Shown here piece by piece: positions 53,145 through 64,000 of a stretch of 64,000 nt of DNA. The number at the start of each line of letters is the position of its first letter. Position 1 is the first letter of the stretch. The notes under the pieces were generated by a model. The model was not told the DNA's origin, ran no database searches, and saw only the letters and a program-made list of their open reading frames with translations. The stretch covers positions 48,980,001 through 49,044,000 of the forward strand of contig NC_047017.1 in the NCBI RefSeq assembly GCF_902652985.1, given 5' to 3'. Source of the DNA: Pecten maximus (lineage: Eukaryota). The translations under genes were made by a program, and so were the position numbers.

Positions 53145-53176
53145 TTACGTCACGTGCGTAAATAACAAATATGGCG
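53145..53176 (+). promoter_or_regulatory. ATG2 proximal promoter cluster: CRE-like TTACGTCA overlapping CLEAR-like E-box GTCACGTG, forkhead-like GTAAATA, YY1-like AATATGGCG
   Basis: The sequence ttacgtcacgtgcgtaaataacaaatatggcg lies about 90-115 bp upstream of the ATG2 start codon. Motif identity comes from known consensus sequences; function is untested. Confidence 0.5.
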
Positions 53177-53261
53177 CAAGATTGTTATGGTTTTTCAACA
53201 GCAATGATAATTGCATTTACTTGAATTATATGTGGACTCAACGTTGGAATCAAGGAGAATA

Positions 53262-56200
53262 ATGTCTTGGAAGTTTCCTTGGTCCGAATTCGTGAAGAAA
53301 AGGGCATGTAGATACCTGCTACAGCACTATCTTGGCCATTTTCTAAAGGAAAAGTTGACTCTCGATCAGCTGAGTGTCGATCTGTATAATGGAACTGGGA
53401 AAATTCGACAGCTCGATCTTGACGTAGAGGTGCTTGCTATTCTATATTCTTATGGATGTATGAAAACATAATTTGATTAATTTGTTACTCCTGCTTAAAG
53501 TTCAGTAGTACATTCCGTAATTGTTTCATAAACATTTATGGTTTTGGACGTTAAAAATGTAAACAAACCATTTTGTTTCAAATATTTCTGTACCTGTTTG
53601 CCTTTGTGTATCAAGGCGTTGATTGGATATTTAGCATTAGGCTATACTTTTGACTACCAGTTGACTTCTGTCAAAAAAATCGAAGACAATCTTACTGTCT
53701 TTTGAAGAATATAGTCATAAAAGTAAATACAGATATAGCTTTACCTTTTATGATCATTTATACAAATTCAAAGAGAGAGTGATGTTTAGGTGAACACTTG
53801 CATCAGCACTGACTCGCTGTGCGGGAATTCGAAGTAATTTAAATATCATAAAAACTAGAATTATAAAAATCACTGACTACTTTAAGCTACTGTTGTAGAC
53901 ATGCATATATTCATCAATAAGAGACAATGCAACTGTAAAAAAACGATTTTGAATTTTAAAAATATAGTCATTCAGAAAATGCTTGATCTACTGGAATACA
54001 GTCAGTGAATTGTATAAATTTTATTAATTTAATTTTCAACAAGATTGACATGTCAGACCTACATATATACATTTCAACACTAACAAAATGTACCCATAAT
54101 TACAATGAGAACCACATGCACATACAGTACATGTACATATGCATACATGTAGTTTAATTTCAGGATAGATGTCATATAAATTAAGTCATATGTGATATGC
54201 AAGTTCATATCATTGTAATTAACAAACCAACCGAGAACAAGACACTTTTATAAACCAAATTTCCATTTGATTTGTTGATAGACAAATGTTCATAAAATAT
54301 TAATTCCATTTCATGATCTATCTACAAAATGTCAGATATACTTCAAAAATGATGAAGCGCTGTGTATAAAGGATCCCATGGCCAGACAATTGCACATATT
54401 CCTTGTAAAAGGAACTGCATGTTTTAACAAAAAAGAGCTATGTGTTGTCAATCCATGTAACTATATATTCATTTCACACTGATGTGCAATGAAATCTCAC
54501 TGTTTATAAGGGTATATATGAGTTAACGTTGTTGTAAGTGTATTGAACTTCTTGGTTGAGATGTGGGAATCTTAAAAAAAAATAGAAAAACAGGGAAGTT
54601 AAGTGTTTGCTTTCGCTATATATATATATGCCAGCTGGATTATATTATGTCATGACTCATGAACCAGTCAAATGGTTATTGACATTTTCCAAGGTGCAGT
54701 ATATAAGGAAGATGGCTATTATACCATGTACAGTATATGCCTGGAGCAGAATCTGTGGATCTTTTGTTATGTTAACATGTAAATCAAGTTCAAAATGAAA
54801 ACAACATGGATACATATATGAAACTAGATGTACATGTTACTTTCTCGATGACAGGCGCTGAATGAGGTGCTGGACAACAGTAATCTACCAGTCGAAATTG
54901 TGGATGGATTTATAGATGAAATAGCCGTGTCCATACCATGGACAGCCCTCATCCAGAGCAGTACGGAGATGGAGATCCGTGGGCTCGAGCTGACTCTGCA
55001 GCCAAAACAGAGGAACAGCAGTGGTCAGTACAAGTTAAATATCCAGGGGGCCACAAAACTATCTAGTCTTAGGTGAAATTCAAATGTTGTATAATGGTAC
55101 AAGTTCAATGTATTATGAGATCATGATTATATTTTGCAATTATTTATAGTACATATGTGCTGAATTAGTAATGATAGAAGCAGCACAGACCCAGTTCATC
55201 AGTGATTTTTGAAGGATTCTCATCATGTAAGTCAAGAAATCCTTTTTCAAAATTATGATGCAGCTCAACACAAAGAGGTTAGTAAGTAAAAAACTGATGC
55301 CCCCAAAAAAGTGTAACTGATCAATGATTATATGAAATATATGTGTTACATAATAACATAATTATGTATACCTTCTTGGTAATACAATCCCATTCTGTAT
55401 GTAATTCTAATCTTGCAGGCTTCCAGACTTAACTTCCTGGTGTAATTTTCTTTTCACTTGTTAACTTTACTCCTGCTATTTACAGCCCAAGGCCTGGAGA
55501 CTATGTTTTGTAGTATGAACAGTAGTATGAGCACCAGTCTACAGATAGCAGAGGAGTGTCTGAAGGAGGACCGAGGCAAACCTTTGAAAAGTCGCGATGG
55601 CAGTCTTGGGGATGACGGGGGCCAGCAGTTTGAAGGTGTTCAGAAGTTTGCTCAGACTATTGATTCAGGTATGAACTATTTCCTCAGGGCATCCAGTAGG
55701 TGGAAAATGTCAAGAGTCAGTGAAATTCCTGATGAATAATAAAACTAATAAAAATCTCCTGGTTGAATTATGTATAATGCCATTTCCAGTTGTTTTACAT
55801 AATTGTATGCCTTTTATTTTGCATTATTTTCAGTTCAATTTCTACTCAAATCAATATCTATTGCATATTTAATATGTATTTTAAAATATAAAGGACTAGA
55901 CTCTAAAATATTTTACATACATGTCAAACTTTTTCATGAGACATGGTATTAGGAGTGCCTGAAACATGGTCAGCATTAATACTAACAAATCTGAAGTCAA
56001 CTGCTAATTTTGAAATTGAGCAAAACATAGTAAATTTGCACACTGTGTTTTTAATGGCAAATTGATGGTTTTAAATTAATACAAATTTAGATATATCCGC
56101 TAAAGAAAAACCTGAAGAGACTTGAAACAAGTCACTAAGTATGAATTTATATTTAATTTTTCCTGTTATGAAGCAGCACTTTTATTTCTTGAGTTTTATT

Positions 56201-59200
56201 CCTGTAAGATAAAAATGATTGCTGCAAAAAGGAAGTAAAACCATGCAAAAATAACAGGACACAATTTTAAACCTCATCATGGCTGGAAATAAATGAGTGT
56301 ATTTATGTCTTATTCTTGATCTTCCCAGTCATATTTCCCATTTTTAAGGTCCTCAAGAAAACAGAAGATGAGGAAGTAGATAAGAACACTTAGCATACAT
56401 AAATCTGATCACCTTTATTTACTGGTGTCGATTTTCACTCGGATTATTAACACTCATATGCATTCTGTGAATATACAGAACAGAATAGTGGCTACATAGT
56501 ATAGCATGGGTGAATATACAGAACAGAATAGTGACTACATGGTGTAGCATGGGTGAATATACAGAACAGAATAGTGACTACATGGTGTAGCAAGGGTGAA
56601 TATACAGAACAGAATAGTGACTACATGGTGTAGCAAGGGTGAATATACAGAACAGAATAGTGACTACATGGTGTAGCATGGGTGAATATACAGAACAGAA
56701 TAGTGACTACATGGTGTAGCATGGGTGAATATACAGAACAGAATAGTGACTACATAGTGTAGCATGGGTGAATATACAGAACAGAATAGTGACTACATAG
56801 TGTAGCATGGGTGAATATACAGAACAGAATAGTGACTACATGGTGTAGCATGGGTGAATATACAGAACAGAATAGTGACTACATGGTGTAGCATGGGTGA
56901 ATATACAGAACAGGATAGTGACTACATGGTGTAGCATGGGTGAATATTATTATATGGTCATATCCTTGTTTGTATTTCAGTTCTTTGTAGGGTAAAAGTT
57001 ACTTTAGTTGACACTGTGATACGACTAGAACATCTCCCGAACAGTGCTGAGACAGGTGTGGCGCTTGAAATCAGGATAAAAAGGTACGACAAATTCCTTA
57101 TCAGTGCTGAAACAGGTGTGGCACTGGAAATCAGGATAAAAAGGTAAGGCAAAAGTCATTAACAGTGCTTTATCAAGTGTGGTGCTTGAAATTAGGATGT
57201 AAAGGTACGACAAATTCCTTATCAGTGCTGAAACAGGTGTGGCACTGGAAATCAGGATAAAAAGGTAAAAGGTACGACAAATTCCTTATAAGTGCTGAAA
57301 CAGGTGTGGCACTGGAAATCAGGATAAAAAGGTAAGGCAAAATTCATTAACAGTGCTTTATCAAGTGTGGTGCTTGAAATTAGGATGAAAAGGTACATCA
57401 AATTCCTTATCAGTGCTGAAACAGGTTTGGTACTGAAAATTAGGATAAAAAGGTAAAAGGTACGACAAATTCATTAACAGTGCTCAGACAGGTGTGGCAA
57501 TGGAAATTAGGATAAAAAGGCAAGGCAAATTCTTGTGTTTAATGTTTATCCATGTTTAATAGCATTGAAAGAGATAAAGGTAAATTTGTAGCAGATATTT
57601 TTATGTGTCTGGTTCATTATCTTAATGTTACAAATCAGCTGTGCTGTATACTGGCATTACAGAAAACTAGAAAAATGTGTATCTCTCTGATTGGTTACGA
57701 TTTCCATGGTGTTTAATGTAATATATTTCCCCTCAAATATATCCTTGGCATACAATTTCACATCCAACTGGGGACTGTAATTCACCAAAATTGGCATAAA
57801 TGCAGTCTGTTGGTAATTACTCATAGTAACTTATTACAGAATGGAGTACTTTGATGACATGGCTGAGGGGTCATCGGTAGACAACCCTGAGTTCACCAAG
57901 AATTGGGAGCCAGCTGCAGTAGCCCACAAGAATTTCCTGATGGAAGGTTTACATATCCTGATTGACCACTTCCCCCGTAACTCACGCCCTCACAGTAGTC
58001 ACTCAGACTCTTCATGCTCGTCACCTCAGGTAAGTTTGTAGTTACTCAGACTCCTCATGCTCGTCACCTCAGGTAAGTTTGTAGTCACTCTGACTCCTCA
58101 TGCTCGTCACCTCAGGTAAGTTTGTAGTCAGACTCCTCATGCTCGTCACCTCAGGTAAGTTTGTAGTCACTCAGACTCCTCATACTCGTCACCTCAGGTA
58201 AGTTTGTAGTCAGACTCCTCATGCTCGTCACCTCAGGTAAGTTTGTAGTCACTCCGACTCCTCATGCTCGTCACCTCAGGTAAGTTTGTAGTCACTCTGA
58301 CTCCTCATGCTCGTCACCTCAGGTAAGTTTGTAGTCAGACTCCTCATGCTCGTCACCTCAGGTAAGTTTGTAGTCAGACTCCTCATGCTCGTCACCTCAG
58401 GTAAGTTTGTAGTCAGACTCCTCATGCTCGTCACCTCAGGTAAGTTTGTAGTCAGACTCCTCATGCTCGTCACCTCAGGTAAGTTTGTAGTCACTCAGAC
58501 TCCTCATGCTCGTCACCTCAGGTAAGTTTGTAGTCACTCTGACTCCTCATGCTCGTCTCCTCAGGTAAGTTTGTAGTTACTCAGACTCCTCATGCTCGTC
58601 ACCTCAGGTAAGTTTGTAGTCAGACTCCTCATGCTCGTCACCTCAGGTAAGTTTGTAGTCACTCTGACTCCTCATGCTCGTCACCTCAGGTAAGTTTGTA
58701 GTCAGACACCTCATGCTCGTCACCTCAGTTAAGTTTGTAGTTACTCAGACTCCTCATGCTCGTCACCTCAGGTAAGTTTGTAGTCAGACACCTCATGCTC
58801 GTCACCTCAGTTAAGTTTGTAGTCACTCTGACTCCTCATGCTCGTCACCTCAGGTAAGTTTGTAGTTACTCAGACTCCTCATGCTCGTCACCTCAGGTAA
58901 GTTTGTAGTTAGACTCCTCATGCTCGTCACCTCAGTTAAGTTTGTAGTCAGACTCCTCATGCTCGTCACCTCAGTTAAGTTTGTAGTCACTCTGACTCCT
59001 CATGCTCGTCACCTCAGGTAAGTTTGTAGTCAGACACCTCATGCTCGTCACCTCAGTTAAGTTTGTAGTCACTCAGACTCTTCATGCTCGTCACCTCAGG
59101 TAAGTTTGTAGTCACTCATGTAGTCACTCAGACTCTTCATGCTTGTCACCTCAGGTAAGTTTGTAGTTACTCAGACTCCTCATGCTCGTCACCTCAGGTA

Positions 59201-62200
59201 AGTTTGTAGTCAGACTCCTCATGCTCGTCACCTCAGGTAAGTTTGTAGTCAGACTCTTCATGCTTGTCACCTCAGGTAAGTTTGTAGTCACTCAGACTCC
59301 TCATGCTCGTCACCTCAGGTAAGTTTGTAGTCACTCAGACTCTTCATGCTCGTCACCTCAGGTAAGTTTGTCATTCTCCTATAACTTAACAATTGGCACT
59401 GACTCATTGCTTCCTAAATAATTTGAATTTCTCTTTAAAGTAATCATAGCTACCAGTACATAAAGTTTCTGAGAAATACTTTTATAATATTGTTTCTTAG
59501 TATAGAGAATAAACTGTTGATGTGTTGTTTCAGAATTATGAATCTGCCACCAGTTCCCCATTAGGACCTCCCAGGAATATCAACCAATCATCTGAATGTT
59601 CTGAATCACCTGACCAGTGTGAACCAATCCAAGTGGCTGTTGTTACAGGGAAAACAAGTTTGAAACTGAAAATCAAGCAAGCTGATTCTGTCACTGGACC
59701 AAAAGTAAGAAACTCTAGATATCTGATGTAAATACAAGCGGAAGTTTGAGATCAGAATATATAGTGAATGTTCATAACATTGGTCATGTTTTCATTTTGA
59801 AAATCTAACTGTGATATATAAGTTGAATTATGATATAAACATTAAAGAATTTAGATGCCAGTTATATGAAGTAATTCATGTTTATCATTCTGTTTGTGCC
59901 AGTTGGAGACCGAGGTGGAGCTTGGTGCCCTACATATTCTGCTAGCTCCTAGACAAGTACACTCTCTACTGGAGATCATGGAAGGTCTTGTCTCTCCAGG
60001 TTTGTTGGAATAATTCCCCCATGATTTACCTAATATTGTAAAATTTGTAGCATTGATTGGAATAATTCCACCATGATTTACCTGATATTGTAAAATTTGT
60101 AGTATTGATTGGAATAATTCCACCATGATTTACCTAATATTGTAAAATTTGTAGCATTGATTGGAATAATTCCACCATAATTTACCTAATATTGTAAAAT
60201 TTGTAGCATTAATTGGAATAATTCCCCAATGATTTACCTAATATTGTATTTGTAGCATTAATTGGAATAATTCCCCCATGATTTACCTAATATTGTATTT
60301 GTAGCTGTGATTGGAATAATTCCCCAATGATTTACCTAATATTTATTTGTAGCTGTGATTGGAATAATTCCCCCATGATTTACCTAATATTGTAAAATTT
60401 GTAGCATTGATCGCTTCTGATTTGTGACATTTATTTCATTTCATTATTTCATATAAGACTAATTTGGGTTTCCTATGCTGGTTAAGTACAAGCATGTTCC
60501 ATATGATAGGTACCAATGAATCAGCCAAGAGACGTCATCAAGGCAACCGGAACAAGCCGATGTCAGATGAGGACATGCAAAGAATTGAGAGAGAGCTCCA
60601 GCGCCAGATGATGGAGGGACGAGTCCAGTCTCACAAAAAACCCTCGCTAGATTCAAGACCGTTGATGGGCATGCATGACATCATGACCAGCTCAATGGGT
60701 CAGTTTAATTAGTGTGGTCCATCAATATAATTACAGAAATACATTATAAAGCTTTATATCATTTCAGTGGATATTTTAGATAACAAGAAACATAGAGAAT
60801 TGATATGGAAATCAAAATACATGCATATCAATACGATCAAGTGTCAAATGTCCATTAGGATTTCTTCATTGATATTTTTACATTATTTTATTTAAAAACT
60901 ATTAATGCATACCTAATCTTATGGCTTATACATAATTATCTGCAATGGAGGGGTAGGAGGAATTTAGATTAATATTTGATTGGTGATGGGGCCTCCCACC
61001 CCTCCCACAATGATAAAGGATAATTTTGGAATGGTCATTACCCTGAATTTGAGATTAGTTGTACATTTCATTGTTCCAGTCTCCAGTTATAAATCATTTT
61101 ATGGTAAAGTATTAGTGTTTTTATATACCTGGTACGGTTGCTAATTCCCCCCTGCCTTGTACTTTGTAGTCATGTTCTTGTATATAAATATATGGTATGA
61201 GTTCACAGCATAGCCATTGTTACATAGCCATTGTTACATAGCCATTGTTACATAGCCACACAGTTCCAGAAGATTAAGTTTATGGAATGTCATCACGCTC
61301 TACCTCAGTAATAGTGAGAACATGACCTGTTCCTTTGACACATCAACATACTAGAAAAAGTTATGCAATACAAAAACATGAAATATTGGATATTTTGACA
61401 ACAAACCAAAAAAATTATGTCTGCAGTCATCAATGTCATATTAGATAGTTTTTTAACGATGCAAAAACATTATGATCAGAAAATTCAATGTTTCTGTCAC
61501 CAGACCAGTAAAACTAAAATATGTTTGTCAATTAATATGTTTGTCAATAAACCAGAAAAACTGTCTACCATCACCTTTGCTTTACCCTCTCTCCCAGCAA
61601 CACAACACAGATTTACACTCATTGCACATTCCACTTTGTGATACTATGATGACTTCATGCAATCTGTTTATTCCATTGAAATTAATTGAGGAACAACAGT
61701 ACAACCATTTAGATTTCACTTGTTACTTTTATGCCACTGACAACAGAGCTGTACAGGCAATGTTAAGTGTTTCTCTTTTCCATTGAAGTTTAAATGAGGA
61801 TTTACGGTACAACCATTTAGATTTCACTTGTTACTTTTATGCCACTGATGACTGAGTACAGGTGATGTTAAGTGTTTCTCTTTTCCGTTGGCCTGCCTTA
61901 ACATCTTAGCTGGTCATTGTGTCTATCTTCATCACACTCTTTGTGAAGATGCATACTTGTGTTAAGGATTTCTATACCAATATAATCTAAACTTCATGTT
62001 TTTCAGACTCTGAATACCTTTTATCGTTATACTTCATGAGTCTCCTACTAGAAGGCCAAGATTGATAAAAATTAATCTATATATAGATAGTAGATGTGTA
62101 TATTCCTACACTTGAATGTGTGTCAGAGTAACATATGCTGTGCACGCCCACAGACTTCTACTAGTTACACTTAGGGTCAAGCTCCATTTCTCTGCTTAGT

Positions 62201-64000
62201 GTAAATAGTAGGGGAGATAACTATGTATAGACAGAGAAGATTTTGGAGTGTTGTAAACATATGTTGTCCATATTTATACTGTTGATAAAGTACATATTTC
62301 AATAACTTTTAAAAAAGAAACATTCCATAGCATACTATGGGATGTGATCTTTTTATTGGACTTGGTACCTGTTTAAAACTCTAAGGAAGTACTTAACTGA
62401 GTCCAACTGTAATTTTATAGTGTATTATGGTTTTATTAGTTACAATACACAATAACTAGGAAATGAGTTATCTTACTTGCATGTATGTTAAAATAATTCT
62501 TAGTTTTTACTTAAATGATTCCTTTGGTGAGTTAAAACCAGTATTATTTTAAAAGTTCTTATATCAATATCGGGATAATTCGTGTTATTAATTGTTATAA
62601 ATGTATTATAGTGTCAATGATCAGAGAGATGATAACTATGTTTTTCGTTTTGAATTTGAAATTTATTTTTACCATAACTATTCTGACAGTTATTTGTTTT
62701 AACGACAGAATTCAAAAACGGCAGTGAGCTATACAAATTCAATACTGTCTTTACTGATTTTAATTTGAAGTACATTAATTTTGTATCTGGTATATTGAAT
62801 CCAGAAATAATATCAACAAAATATTCTTTATCTAATTTAAGATGAAGAAGAATGCTACTTTTCTCTCAATCCTGCTGGGAAAAGTATAGACATGGAGTCT
62901 TCAGTATCCAGTAACTTTAGTTTGACCTCTAATAGAACAGAAAGTACTGTGACAAGTAAGTATGGTATACAGTCAAATCTGTTTCACACAATTTTTTGCT
63001 TAATAGAGGTGACTTATCAGACAGTTTTGTCTAGATTAAGCTTATGCTGTTCAGAGATATATCAATAGGTATGTTTTGAATTTCAGGCTTGTGTGTACAG
63101 GGTATAGGACCTTTGTCTATGGCACTGAGGCTTTCCTGGTGTAGGCCTATGTGTTAGAACATATCTTGTGATGTAAACTGTTAATCTGTAAGGAAAATCA
63201 AAGGGACCAACTCCAAAGATTTCATGGAGTTGACTATAGATTGCAATGTTTGGAAATATAGTCATCTGAAAAGAAATTTGTTATGATTGAATTTGCTTTG
63301 ATTGAAAAAAAAATGTATGTTCATTTAAAAAACACTTGGATCTGGCTATATTTTACATATTGCTCTTTTGGACTGCAGGTCACCAACCTGGCCGAGTTCC
63401 CCGGAGAGAGCCCAGTCATTACAAGTCAAAAGGTACTGATCCTCTGTGTTAAAAAGTATTCACTATTGTGTAACATTCACCCTATAGGAGGGCATATTCA
63501 TCATATCGGAGAGTAATAGTGGATTTGGGAAGGACAATGCATTTCCCATGCAGTTCCATGATACACACACTTCAATACTGTTGTTAGTTGTAACATTGTT
63601 TTGAATGTTATATGATTTTCTCCCACTAATTTCCTATTTTATAGCTCAAACACCTTTATTCTGAAAAGTCACGAGCCAATAGGACAATGTTATCACATTA
63701 CACAAAATCAAAATCAAAATGGAGTAACATCAATTTTTTCTCACTTTCCTTGTGACCTGTGCGAGGATCATGTGTTGAATGTGTTTGGTTCAATCTCAGG
63801 ACTTGTGGTATCTAACAATATGTATGTGTAGGAGAAAAAAACACTTAATGTGTACCCCTACCCTGAGATATCCCAAGGAACTAGTACATTTGTATCTACT
63901 TTGTGTTTAGATACCCTACAGAGGATCCTGGACGATCCGAGTGCAGAGCTGTGTCGTTACCACCTGTTACATTTGTATCTACTTTGTGTTTAGATACCCT
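53262..64000 (+). CDS. ATG2: Autophagy-related protein 2 (ATG2), 5' portion. Exons 53262-53429, 54855-55023, 55486-55668, 56981-57083, 57840-58029, 59534-59704, 59903-59999, 60510-60698, 62842-62955, probable 63379-63432; next exon starts at 63911, 63994 or later
   Basis: Chorein_N start MSWKFPWSEFVKKRACRYLLQHYLGHFLKEKLTLDQLSVDLYNGTG, then ALNEVLD..PVEIVDGFIDEIAVSIPWTAL, SMSTSLQIAEECLKE, FEGVQKFAQTIDSVLCRVKVTLVDTVIRLEH, GVALEIRIKRMEYFDD, GPKLETEVELGALHILLAPRQVH and NKPMSDEDMQRIERELQ. All junctions are GT-AG with consistent phases. Confidence 0.93.
56468..56946. repeat. 43-bp minisatellite, about 11 copies, ending about 35 bp before ATG2 exon 4
   Basis: Unit gaatatacagaacagaatagtgactacatggtgtagcatgggt. 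Confidence 0.95.
57040..57525 (+). repeat. About 60-bp tandem repeat made of the ATG2 exon-4 3' end plus donor, about 8 copies
   Basis: Unit cagtgctgaaacaggtgtggcactggaaatcaggataaaaag|gtacgacaaattccttat; the first copy is coding. Confidence 0.93.
57995..59370 (+). repeat. 39/43-bp tandem repeat made of the ATG2 exon-5 3' end plus donor, about 33 copies
   Basis: Unit (tcac)tcagactcctcatgctcgtcacctcag|gtaagtttgtag; the first copy is coding (HSDSSCSSPQ). Confidence 0.95.
60005..60410. repeat. 49-52-bp minisatellite starting 5 bp into ATG2 intron 7, about 8 copies
   Basis: Unit ttggaataattccaccatgatttacctaatattgtaaaatttgtagcattga. Confidence 0.93.
63885..64000 (+). repeat. 83-bp duplication of an ATG2 acceptor plus exon start (runs off the window)
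   Basis: tacatttgtatctactttgtgtttag|ataccct occurs at 63885 and again at 63968. Confidence 0.85.

Noticed and set aside
61697-61890. ~110-bp two-copy duplication in ATG2 intron 8 (similar small duplications at 21066-21150, 12260-12600 and 61209-61258)
   Set aside because: Ordinary local duplications not touching splice sites; they also show that background tandem duplication is frequent here.

Overview
AT-rich eukaryotic genomic DNA with GT-AG introns, SINEs, LINE remnants and many satellites. The repeat repertoire (Meta-like and V-like tRNA SINEs) and gene content suggest a bivalve mollusc, which is inference only. Four protein-coding genes are supported. (1) An intronless type II membrane glycosyltransferase with two tandem GT31 (beta-1,3-galactosyltransferase/brainiac-like) domains, 4108-6279 (+). 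(2) An intronless vWA/MIDAS protein, 9544-8293 (-), with a 1-nt homopolymer frameshift; a decayed paralogous 3' fragment lies at 13519-13874. (3) A 4-exon rolling stone-like (FAR-17a/AIG1-related) membrane protein, 26854-34555 (+). (4) The 5' part of ATG2, from 53262 past the window end (+, about 11 exons seen). Two inverted copies of a non-autonomous TIR element with 7-bp TSDs sit upstream of the vWA and ATG2 genes. The most unusual signal is that tandem repeats in ATG2 are built from its own exon/intron junctions: about 33 copies of the exon-5 donor, a 60-bp in-frame duplicate of the exon-4 donor and a duplicated exon-11 acceptor. An exon fragment is also copied next to its acceptor in the rolling stone-like gene. 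All coordinates were read by eye.
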